Assembly (NCBI RefSeq): GCF_059553335.1
Contig: NZ_CM183924.1
DNA: 40,000 bases
Reading direction: 5' to 3' (one strand)
Both the position numbers and the translations under genes were made by a program. Positions 1 through 8,501 of the stretch are shown here, piece by piece; the first letter of the stretch is position 1; the number at the start of each line of letters is the position of its first letter. The notes beneath the pieces are model-generated. The model made no database searches and was not told the DNA's origin. It saw nothing but the letters and a program-made list of their open reading frames with translations.

Positions 1-2259
1 TCAAATCAATCCTGCCAGATGGAACTCTTCATATAACCGTTTTGGCGTCAGCGGCAGTGTATTGATTGCAACACCGGTAGCCATCTTCACCGCGTTACGA
101 ATAGCAGCGGCAACAGGAATTATTGGTGGCTCACCCAGTGACTTATGTCCGTATGCGGATTGCGGCTCATTGATTTCGACGAACGCGCTTTCCAGTTGTG
201 GCAGATCCGGCATGGTGGGCATTTTGTAATCCAGCAGATTGGGGTTACGGACCACGCCGCTTTTCGCATCGATGATCATCTCTTCAAATAGCGCCCAGCC
301 AATGCCCATTCCCATTCCGCCGTGTACCTGACCTTCTGCCAGTAGCGGATTAAGAATATGGCCCGAATCATGAACGTTAAGGATGCGGTTGATGGTGACT
401 TTGCACAGCGCAATATCGACCGTCAGATCAACAAAGGTACAGCCAAACGCTGGTGGGTTAGTGGTGGTTTTGATGGAGCTTTCGGCAGAGAGCTGCCCGC
501 CGCGTTCAGGGTGGTAGAAGGCATCCATCGCCAAATCTTTTAACGACATTAACGGCTCTTCCGGTCGTTCAACCAGCACGATATGGCCTTTTATCAAGGT
601 AAGATTCATCGCTGACTGATGTAGCATGACAGCGGCGTGAGCGATGATTTTCTCCTTTAATAACAGTGCCGCACTGCGCAGCGCGGGCGCGGCAACATAG
701 CTCTGGCGCGAGGCAAATGCACCGGGATCGAACGGCGTAACGTCGGTATCTTGTGTTGAAATAACGCGAACGTCGCTGACCGGAACCCCCACGGTTTCTG
801 CCACCATTTGCGAGAACACGGTGTCGGCACCCTGGCCGATTTCCGTGGCACCACTCTGTACGTTGATGGTTCCATCCTGATTCATCAACAGGCGCGCGCC
901 AGCAATTTCTACGCCGACAGGCCAGGTGTTAGAGGTGTAGCTAAAACAGGCGACGCCAACGCCGCGGCGTAAATTGCCTTGCTGGTTCTGGCATTCTGCA
1001 CGGCGTTTTTCCCATTCAAAGATTTTCCGGCCTTTTTCAAGACACTCCGGCAACCCTGCGCTGTAAATACGTTTGCCCGAGAGCGGATTAGCATCTCCTT
1101 CGCGGGCGGCGTTGCGTAAACGAATTTCAACAGGATCAATACCTAACGCTGTCGCGGCGTCATCAAGCATAGACTCAACGGCAAATACGACTTGTGGCGC
1201 GCCATAACCACGCATCGCACCAGCCGAGGGGAGGTTGGTATAGCAGGTCTTTGAACTGTAAGCGTAGGCACAACGAGGATAAAGGTAAGCGACTTTATTC
1301 CCCCCTGCAGAAGCGATGGAGTGCCCGTGAGATGCATAAGCGCCGGTGTTAGACAGAACATCCAGACTATAACCTTTCAATGTTCCGTCGCGGTTCACGC
1401 CCATTTGCCCGTCAATAGTAAAAGCGTGGCGGGTACGGGTTGCGAGGAAACACTCTTCACGGCTAAGGGAAACTTTCACCGGAATGCCGCCAAGCTTGCT
1501 GGTCAGGAATGCCGCCATTGGCTCTTCCAGTACATCCTGTTTATTACCAAAACCGCCACCGACAAACGGTTTGATGACTCGTACGCATGACCAAGGAATA
1601 TTCAGCGCCTGACCAACCACACGGCGAACAATGTGCGGGATCTGGGTGCTGGAAACGATGGTAATTCGCGAGTCATCCTCCATCCATGCCAGCGATGTCA
1701 CGCTTTCCATGTGACAATGTTGAATGACCGGCGTCTGATAGTGCCCCTGTACCTGGTAGTCGGCGGCATCGATTGTTTGTTGGACATTGCCCGTCGTCAT
1801 CGTGCTTTGTTTTAGTAAATTGCCGCCATTATGGATTGGTTCAGCGTCATCAGCCAGCGCCGCTTCTGGGGTGGTGATAACGGGTAATTCTTGCCACTCA
1901 ATGCTGACCAATTGCGCCGCTTTTTCTGCCGTGAGTTCATCACGGGCCACGACGATGGCAACGGCGTCACCATGGTGACGAACATGGCGAGTTAGCAGTG
2001 CGCGATCGGCGGTATCGCGCTTGTTTTCGTCAAGTGTCCAGGCATGCCCAGCTGTAGCGAATGGGATATCAGGCACATCTTCCCAGGTAAAAATCGCCAG
2101 TACGCCCGGTAAACTTCTGGCTTGTTCATCATTAATACTTACGGCATAACCATGTGCGATAGGGCTACGTACATATTTCGCGTAACACATGCCCGCCATA
2201 ACATAATCGTCAGTATATCGTGCCCGCCCGGTGACCTTAGCAATGGCATCTACGCGCAT
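1..2259 (-). CDS. xdhA: Xanthine dehydrogenase molybdenum-binding subunit (XdhA)
   Basis: ORF 1..2298 (-). The likely start is the internal Met (MRVDAIAKVTGRARYTDDYV...), giving 752 aa. The sequence matches the recalled molybdopterin-binding xanthine dehydrogenase XdhA, and the stop (TGA) is present at 1-3. Confidence 0.95.
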   Translation of the reverse strand: MRVDAIAKVTGRARYTDDYVMAGMCYAKYVRSPIAHGYAVSINDEQARSLPGVLAIFTWEDVPDIPFATAGHAWTLDENKRDTADRALLTRHVRHHGDAVAIVVARDELTAEKAAQLVSIEWQELPVITTPEAALADDAEPIHNGGNLLKQSTMTTGNVQQTIDAADYQVQGHYQTPVIQHCHMESVTSLAWMEDDSRITIVSSTQIPHIVRRVVGQALNIPWSCVRVIKPFVGGGFGNKQDVLEEPMAAFLTSKLGGIPVKVSLSREECFLATRTRHAFTIDGQMGVNRDGTLKGYSLDVLSNTGAYASHGHSIASAGGNKVAYLYPRCAYAYSSKTCYTNLPSAGAMRGYGAPQVVFAVESMLDDAATALGIDPVEIRLRNAAREGDANPLSGKRIYSAGLPECLEKGRKIFEWEKRRAECQNQQGNLRRGVGVACFSYTSNTWPVGVEIAGARLLMNQDGTINVQSGATEIGQGADTVFSQMVAETVGVPVSDVRVISTQDTDVTPFDPGAFASRQSYVAAPALRSAALLLKEKIIAHAAVMLHQSAMNLTLIKGHIVLVERPEEPLMSLKDLAMDAFYHPERGGQLSAESSIKTTTNPPAFGCTFVDLTVDIALCKVTINRILNVHDSGHILNPLLAEGQVHGGMGMGIGWALFEEMIIDAKSGVVRNPNLLDYKMPTMPDLPQLESAFVEINEPQSAYGHKSLGEPPIIPVAAAIRNAVKMATGVAINTLPLTPKRLYEEFHLAGLI

Positions 2260-2689
2260 GCATGATTCACCTGTAGCGGTTGCTTCCCGCGCTTCCATAG
2301 AAATCCCCTCGATTTGAACATTTGGTTCTTATGGCAAAGATTTAGTCTAAGCAGGCAAGATTTACGCCAGAAACGACGATAAGCGTTAGGGGAGGAAGGA
2401 AGTGTGATGACGTTAAAAAAACACAGATATGATACGAAACAGGACTCTGAATAGGGGCAGTGATACGTATCAATATGAGTGGCGATAAAATCAATGTGAT
2501 AAATCAGGATTATTACGCATCAGGATGGGAAATAGGGTAAATGAGTCAGGAAATTCGATACATCTACAGTGAATATTTTGCTGATGATACTTCCCTTTGC
2601 CAAATGAAATTAACCTCTTTCTCTATTACCGCGTTTTTCCAGAAGCAAGAGATTGGGTATCACGAGGCTGGCTGCTATGATATGGCGTC

Positions 2690-3466
2690 TTGTTTTTTAA
2701 GCGAGGAAAGATTTTGAGTGCGGGACGCCTGAATAAAAAATCTCTGGGTATCGTGATGTTGTTATCGGTTGGACTGCTTTTGGCGGGCTGCTCGGGTAGC
2801 AAATCATCCGATACAGGAACGTATTCCGGCTCCGTTTACACCGTGAAACGGGGGGATACGCTATATCGTATTTCGCGCACCACGGGAACCAGCGTAAAAG
2901 AGCTGGCGCGACTGAACGGCATTTCCCCCCCTTACACCATTGAAGTTGGTCAGAAACTAAAACTGGGTGGGGCGAAAAGTAGCAGTACACGTAAATCAAC
3001 CGCCAAATCAACGACCAAAACCGCATCGGTTACACCGTCATCAGCAGTACCGAAATCTTCCTGGCCGCCAGTAGGGCAACGTTGTTGGTTATGGCCAACG
3101 ACAGGGAAAGTTATCATGCCGTATTCGACAGCTGATGGCGGCAATAAAGGGATTGATATCTCAGCTCCACGGGGTACACCTATTTACGCCGCGGGTGCAG
3201 GAAAGGTGGTGTATGTGGGCAACCAGCTGCGTGGCTACGGTAATCTCATCATGATTAAACACAGTGAAGATTACATTACGGCTTACGCCCATAATGACAC
3301 GATGCTGGTAAATAATGGGCAAAGCGTGAAGGCTGGGCAAAAAATCGCCACTATGGGGAGCACTGATGCGGCATCGGTTCGCCTGCATTTCCAGATTCGT
3401 TACCGTGCAACGGCAATTGATCCGCTACGTTACTTGCCGCCTCAGGGCAGCAAGCCAAAATGCTGA
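2690..3466 (+). CDS. ygeR: LysM + LytM/M23-domain lipoprotein (YgeR, amidase activator)
   Basis: Contains a lipobox (LLLAGC), a LysM motif (YTVKRGDTLYRISRTTGTSVKELARLNGI) and a degenerate LytM domain (GIDISAPRGTPIYAAGAGKVVYVG). The true start may be a few codons downstream (SAGRLNKK). Confidence 0.93.
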   Translation: MFFKRGKILSAGRLNKKSLGIVMLLSVGLLLAGCSGSKSSDTGTYSGSVYTVKRGDTLYRISRTTGTSVKELARLNGISPPYTIEVGQKLKLGGAKSSSTRKSTAKSTTKTASVTPSSAVPKSSWPPVGQRCWLWPTTGKVIMPYSTADGGNKGIDISAPRGTPIYAAGAGKVVYVGNQLRGYGNLIMIKHSEDYITAYAHNDTMLVNNGQSVKAGQKIATMGSTDAASVRLHFQIRYRATAIDPLRYLPPQGSKPKC

Positions 3467-3544
3467 TGGCGAATTAATCAGCAGTCAGCAGCGCGGCACT
3501 TGCTAAGGAGAGCGTAAGGTTTATAATGCCTTACGCATCTCGAA

Positions 3545-3618
3545 GCGGGCGTAGTTCAATGGTAGAACGAGAGCTTCCCAAGCTCTATACGAGGGTTCGA
3601 TTCCCTTCGCCCGCTCCA
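3545..3618 (+). tRNA. glyU: tRNA-Gly (CCC anticodon), the ETT2 insertion-site tRNA glyU
   Basis: 74-nt sequence GCGGGCGTAGTTCAATGGTAGAACGAGAGCTTCCCAAGCTCTATACGAGGGTTCGATTCCCTTCGCCCGCTCCA. The acceptor stem GCGGGCG/CGCCCGC pairs, the anticodon loop is TTCCCAA, and CCA is encoded. Confidence 0.97.
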
Positions 3619-3849
3619 ATTTATCTTCGCCTCATTTACCAGCCATTTTTGTTGTATCTTATTTCCATATTATCTTAATTCAATCGCTTCAGACTTTTCG
3701 CAATCGCCGTAATACTTCCCCATTTTTTTGTAAATAAAAGCGTTTACGCAATGCAATCCATTTGTAACAACCCAGGTAAAATACCTTATTTTCAAGTTGT
3801 TAAATAAGTGGTTATCTACGCTTTTAACAAACGATTGATGGAATCTTTT

Positions 3850-5460
3850 ATGAAAGGGAAATCTACATTAACTCTTCTGCTCGCTGGTATATTTTCATGC
3901 GGCACATGCCAGGCGACAGGGGCAGAAGTGACGAGTGAATCTGTATTTAACATTCTTAATTCCACGGGGGCAGCAACTGATAAAAGTTATTTATCGTTAA
4001 ATCCAGATAAGTATCCTAATTATCGTCTTCTGATTCACTCAGCCAAATTAAAAAATGAAATAAAGAGCCACTATACCAAAGACGAAATTCAAGGATTGTT
4101 AACATTAACAGAAAATACACGAAAGTTAACGTTGACGGAGAAACCCTGGGGAACATTTATTCTTGCTTCTACTTTCGAAGATGACAAAACAGCGGCAGAA
4201 ACCCACTATGATGCTGTCTGGCTGAGGGATAGTTTATGGGGCTATATGGCATTAGTATCAGATCAGGAAAATAGTGTAGCCGCAAAAAAGGTTCTGCTCA
4301 CTCTGTGGGATTATATGTCTACGCCCGACCAGATTAAGCGGATGCAGGACGTCATTAGCAACCCAAAACGACTGGATGGTATTCCTGGGCAAATGAATGC
4401 TGTGCATATCCGATTTGACAGCAACTCCCCCGTGATGGCAGATGTGCAGGAAGAAGGCAAGCCGCAGCTGTGGAACCATAAACAAAATGATGCGTTAGGT
4501 CTTTATCTTGATCTCCTTATACAAGCAATCAACACTGGTACTATTAAGGCTGAAGATTGGCAAAAAGGTGACCGATTAAAATCGGTTGCGCTGCTGATTG
4601 CTTATCTGGATAAAGCCAATTTCTATGTTATGGAAGATTCCGGAGCGTGGGAAGAAGATGCCAGATTAAACACATCTTCCGTTGCACTGGTGACCTCTGG
4701 ACTGGAACGTTTGTCGAACTTACTCTCGAAGAAAGACTCTGTTTTTGTCTCTGATTTACTACGCGAAGCTAAAGCTGATGAACTGGATGAACCTCTTTCA
4801 ACAACGAGGTTGAACCACCTCATAGATAAAGGTTATGAAAGAATAACGTTACAGCTTGATTTAGGGGGAGAATCCCCAGGTTATCTGGAAAAAGATAAAC
4901 ATTACAGAGAAGCCGATGCGGCTTTACTTAATGTTATTTATCCTGCAAATCTTTCAAAGATAAATACCAGAAGAAAAGAGCAAGTTCTAAAAATAGTTAA
5001 AAAACTAGCAGGTCCGTATGGTATAAAAAGATACGAGAAGGATAATTATCAGTCGGCAAATTTTTGGTTCAATGATATTAAAACCGATACCGATCAAAAT
5101 TCACATGCGAAAAGAGAAATGAGCTTCATTCCCTCAACAGAAGCAGAATGGTTTTTTGACTCATGGTATGCAAAATCAGCAGCAATTGTTTATAAAGAAT
5201 CAAGAAAAGAAGAGTATTTGAATGACTCAGTGCAATTTATGAATAGATCATTGGCCCAAATAACAGGCGAGAATATGATTGGTGCAAATGGCAGGAGTGT
5301 ACCTGAAATGGCACTTCCCGAAAGCTATAACTATATCCACAAGTCGGGAACTTTGCATGAAGCGCCAAGCCCTATCATTCCGCTAAATTGGTCGAAAGCT
5401 TCAATGACTCTCATGTTGAAAGAGATGTCCAACCTTATCAATGATGAGGGAAATAAATAG
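3850..5460 (+). CDS. Exported GH15 / phosphorylase-kinase-alpha-like (alpha/alpha)6-barrel protein
   Basis: ORF 3808..5460. The likely start is ATG 3850 (MKGKSTLTLLLAGIFSCGTCQATGA, a Sec signal peptide). GH15/PHK-like motifs are present: HYDAVWLRDSLWGYMAL, WNHKQNDALGLYLDLL, GAWEEDARLNTSSVALVTSGLERL. Confidence 0.65.
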   Translation: MKGKSTLTLLLAGIFSCGTCQATGAEVTSESVFNILNSTGAATDKSYLSLNPDKYPNYRLLIHSAKLKNEIKSHYTKDEIQGLLTLTENTRKLTLTEKPWGTFILASTFEDDKTAAETHYDAVWLRDSLWGYMALVSDQENSVAAKKVLLTLWDYMSTPDQIKRMQDVISNPKRLDGIPGQMNAVHIRFDSNSPVMADVQEEGKPQLWNHKQNDALGLYLDLLIQAINTGTIKAEDWQKGDRLKSVALLIAYLDKANFYVMEDSGAWEEDARLNTSSVALVTSGLERLSNLLSKKDSVFVSDLLREAKADELDEPLSTTRLNHLIDKGYERITLQLDLGGESPGYLEKDKHYREADAALLNVIYPANLSKINTRRKEQVLKIVKKLAGPYGIKRYEKDNYQSANFWFNDIKTDTDQNSHAKREMSFIPSTEAEWFFDSWYAKSAAIVYKESRKEEYLNDSVQFMNRSLAQITGENMIGANGRSVPEMALPESYNYIHKSGTLHEAPSPIIPLNWSKASMTLMLKEMSNLINDEGNK

Positions 5461-5473
5461 TTTTCATAATGAG

Positions 5474-5497
5474 GCGGTCCTGGATTAAAAGGACCGC
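5474..5497 (+). promoter_or_regulatory. Hairpin in the leader of the small toxin-like ORF
   Basis: Perfect 8-bp stem GCGGTCCT (5474-5481) / AGGACCGC (5490-5497) with an 8-nt loop. It has no U-tract and lies between the upstream stop codon and a strong SD. Confidence 0.6.
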
Positions 5498-5526
5498 TCA
5501 AAGAGAAATCGAAAGGGGAGGTAAAA

Positions 5527-5706
5527 GTGATCAATAAATTACTGTTAGCTTACCTGATAGGTCTGGTTGTGACATCGACCTTAATATTTATCTTCTCGGA
5601 AGAAAAAGTAACATATCGGTTGTTTGCTGCAGTAATTACAGGGTTGACCTGGCCGCTTAGCCTCATTCCATCCATCATAAGTCTCATGATTCGTAAATCC
5701 GACTAA
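5527..5706 (+). CDS. GhoT/OrtT-family small membrane toxin-like protein (59 aa)
   Basis: GTG start with SD AGGGGAGGT five nt upstream. Translation: MINKLLLAYLIGLVVTSTLIFIFSEEKVTYRLFAAVITGLTWPLSLIPSIISLMIRKSD*. It shares spacing and the (I/L)TWP(M/L)SL block with recalled GhoT (..IIWFISHEKTHIRLLSAFLVGITWPMSLPVALLFSLF). It is absent from the supplied ORF track, evidently because it is <60 aa. Confidence 0.75.
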   Translation: MINKLLLAYLIGLVVTSTLIFIFSEEKVTYRLFAAVITGLTWPLSLIPSIISLMIRKSD

Positions 5707-6051
5707 CAAGAAAATTATATGAACGATTAAGAAAAATAGAATCGAAAAAGAGAATAAAATATATGCGGGGAGTAACAAAACACTCGCAGTGCGTTAATGT
5801 GTAACTAACAAATATGATTTTTATTGAAAATAGTCACCAAACAAGTGTTATAAGAAATACGGGGTATGTTTAAGTAAAACATATAAACAGTTGCAATTCT
5901 GTATATGGACAGAATGACTTACTACTGTAAGTGGCTGATAGCTATTCGCTCATAACAAAATCATTATTTTATAAATAGGAATCATCACTTTTTAATCATG
6001 TTTTTATTGCAAGTTTATGGAGAATGAGAATATGGAATAAGGAGATGAAAC

Positions 6052-6801
6052 ATGATTGAAGAAGGGCTGTTACTTCCAATGAATGTTTTGCTTCAAGGAC
6101 AGAAGTTAACCCTACTGGACCCTGAAATGTGGTTCTTACGGGGAAATGAAAACAAGGATGTAACCCTTGTTATTACGATTGGTAATAACCATCAAAAATT
6201 AATGGTAGTGGAAGACATATTACTGCTCATTGACCGAAGCCAAATTGAGGTAACTGCAGGGAAAGTAATTTATCATCCACTTCGCATTGATATCCTGAGT
6301 AAATTATTAGCTTTTATTGATGAATCAACGGGGAGTGTGGAAAGGGAACACCATGAGTTGTTTGCTGATGCCTTGCCCTTTGCATCAGAAGTTGTGCTAT
6401 TCAGTAAAGTTGCAAGTGAAGCCTGGTTTTTAGCCACTTATCTGAGCAGCGATAATATTAATGAAATTCTGTTTCAGCATCTAAGAAAAACAGAATGCTA
6501 TAAACTGGTTCGCTATTTATTATCGCAATCGCTCATACAGACTTCACTCTATGATCTTGGTGAGCTTTACGGCGTATCGTATTCACATTTTCGCCGTTTA
6601 TGTAGTTATGCATTGGGTGGTAAAGTTAAAACGGAATTATGTGGCTGGAGAGTTGCCAGAGCCGTGTTGGAAATCATTGAAGGAAACAGTGATATGACAA
6701 CTATTGCGCATAAATATGGCTACTCATCCTCATCACACTTTTCAGCCGAAGTAAAAAGTCGGTTAGGAAAAACACCGAGAGAACTATGTAAAAAGTTATG
6801 A
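6052..6801 (+). CDS. eivF: AraC-family T3SS transcriptional activator (InvF-like)
   Basis: C-terminal AraC HTH (SLYDLGELYGVSYSHFRRLCSYALGG...MTTIAHKYGYSSSSHFSAEVKSRLGKTPREL). It is the first gene of the inv-like cluster and overlaps eivG by ATGA. Confidence 0.9.
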   Translation: MIEEGLLLPMNVLLQGQKLTLLDPEMWFLRGNENKDVTLVITIGNNHQKLMVVEDILLLIDRSQIEVTAGKVIYHPLRIDILSKLLAFIDESTGSVEREHHELFADALPFASEVVLFSKVASEAWFLATYLSSDNINEILFQHLRKTECYKLVRYLLSQSLIQTSLYDLGELYGVSYSHFRRLCSYALGGKVKTELCGWRVARAVLEIIEGNSDMTTIAHKYGYSSSSHFSAEVKSRLGKTPRELCKKL

Positions 6802-8501
6802 AAATAAAATTACGTATTACTATTATATTAATTTCAGCCTTATGCATTTTTAATGGATTATTGACTCCTGGTGCATATGCCGCAACAGCGAATGGATACG
6901 TAGCAAATAAAGAAAATCTACGTAGTTTTTTTGAAACGGTTTCATCATATGCGGGTAAGCCTACAATAGTAAGTAAGCTTGCCATGAAGAAACAGATCAG
7001 CGGAAATTTTGATTTAACCGAACCCTATGCCTTGATTGAACGCCTGTCGGCGCAGATGGGACTTATTTGGTACGATGATGGCAAAGCTATTTATATCTAT
7101 GACTCATCAGAGATGCGTAATGCGCTGATTAATCTGAGAAAGGTATCGACGAATGAGTTTAATAATTTTTTAAAAAAATCGGGTCTGTATAACTCTCGTT
7201 ATGAAATTAAAGGGGGCGGCAATGGTACTTTCTATGTTTCAGGGCCACCGGTGTATGTTGACCTGGTCGTTAATGCTGCAAAATTAATGGAGCAAAACAG
7301 TGATGGCATCGAGATCGGACGCAATAAAGTAGGGATTATTCACCTGGTCAACACATTCGTTAATGATCGGACTTATGAATTACGTGGCGAAAAGATAGTT
7401 ATTCCTGGCATGGCAAAAGTACTATCGACGTTGTTAAATAATAACATTAAGCAAAGCACTGGGGTTAACGTACTTTCTGAAATTTCAAGTCGTCAACAAC
7501 TAAAAAACGTATCACGTATGCCTCCTTTTCCTGGTGCTGAAGAAGATGATGATCTACAAGTAGAGAAAATAATATCGACAGCTGGAGCGCCAGAGACTGA
7601 CGATATACAAATTATTGCATATCCTGATACCAACAGTTTACTTGTTAAAGGAACAGTATCTCAGGTTGATTTTATCGAGAAGTTAGTAGCTACACTCGAT
7701 ATTCCAAAGCGACACATTGAATTATCTTTATGGATAATAGATATTGATAAGACTGATTTAGAACAGTTAGGAGCTGACTGGTCGGGCACGATAAAAATTG
7801 GATCCAGCCTAAGTGCATCATTTAATAATTCAGGTTCAATTAGTACCCTAGATGGGACACAGTTTATTGCAACAATACAGGCACTTGCGCAAAAAAGAAG
7901 AGCCGCCGTTGTTGCTCGTCCTGTCGTTTTAACACAGGAGAATATTCCTGCTATATTTGATAATAACCGTACTTTCTATACTAAATTAGTCGGCGAGCGT
8001 ACTGCGGAGTTGGATGAAGTAACCTATGGTACGATGATTAGCGTGCTACCACGATTTGCTGCGCGAAATCAAATTGAATTACTCTTGAATATTGAAGATG
8101 GCAATGAAATCAATTCTGACAAGACCAATGTTGATGATCTGCCTCAGGTTGGTAGAACGCTTATAAGTACTATTGCGCGCGTGCCTCAAGGGAAAAGTCT
8201 TTTGATTGGTGGATATACACGAGATACGAATACCTATGAAAGTCGCAAGATCCCAATATTAGGCAGTATTCCATTTATTGGTAAATTATTTGGATATGAA
8301 GGAACAAATGCGAATAACATCGTTCGTGTCTTTCTTATTGAGCCAAGAGAGATCGATGAGCGCATGATGAATAATGCGAATGAGGCTGCGGTTGACGCCA
8401 GAGCAATAACACAGCAAATGGCAAAAAATAAAGAAATCAACGATGAATTACTGCAGAAATGGATAAAAACTTACCTGAATCGTGAAGTCGTCGGAGGATA
8501 G
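6798..8501 (+). CDS. eivG: T3SS outer-membrane secretin (SctC/InvG-like)
   Basis: Secretin N0/N1 domains and secretin core (VAAVVARPVVLTQENIPAIFDNNRTFYTKLVGERTAEL..., VPQGKSLLIGGYTRD...KIPILGSIPFIGKLFGYEG). Confidence 0.93.
   Translation: MKIKLRITIILISALCIFNGLLTPGAYAATANGYVANKENLRSFFETVSSYAGKPTIVSKLAMKKQISGNFDLTEPYALIERLSAQMGLIWYDDGKAIYIYDSSEMRNALINLRKVSTNEFNNFLKKSGLYNSRYEIKGGGNGTFYVSGPPVYVDLVVNAAKLMEQNSDGIEIGRNKVGIIHLVNTFVNDRTYELRGEKIVIPGMAKVLSTLLNNNIKQSTGVNVLSEISSRQQLKNVSRMPPFPGAEEDDDLQVEKIISTAGAPETDDIQIIAYPDTNSLLVKGTVSQVDFIEKLVATLDIPKRHIELSLWIIDIDKTDLEQLGADWSGTIKIGSSLSASFNNSGSISTLDGTQFIATIQALAQKRRAAVVARPVVLTQENIPAIFDNNRTFYTKLVGERTAELDEVTYGTMISVLPRFAARNQIELLLNIEDGNEINSDKTNVDDLPQVGRTLISTIARVPQGKSLLIGGYTRDTNTYESRKIPILGSIPFIGKLFGYEGTNANNIVRVFLIEPREIDERMMNNANEAAVDARAITQQMAKNKEINDELLQKWIKTYLNREVVGG

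Noticed and set aside
2697-3026. 109-aa minus-strand ORF
   Set aside because: Antisense to well-supported ygeR; no family signal or SD.
5581-5778. 65-aa minus-strand ORF listed in the track
   Set aside because: Its overlap is better explained by the plus-strand GhoT-like ORF with strong SD and family-like sequence. Hydrophobicity of the antisense ORF reflects the complementary TM codons.
8234-8440. 68-aa hydrophobic minus-strand ORF
   Set aside because: Antisense within the conserved secretin core of eivG; no independent evidence.
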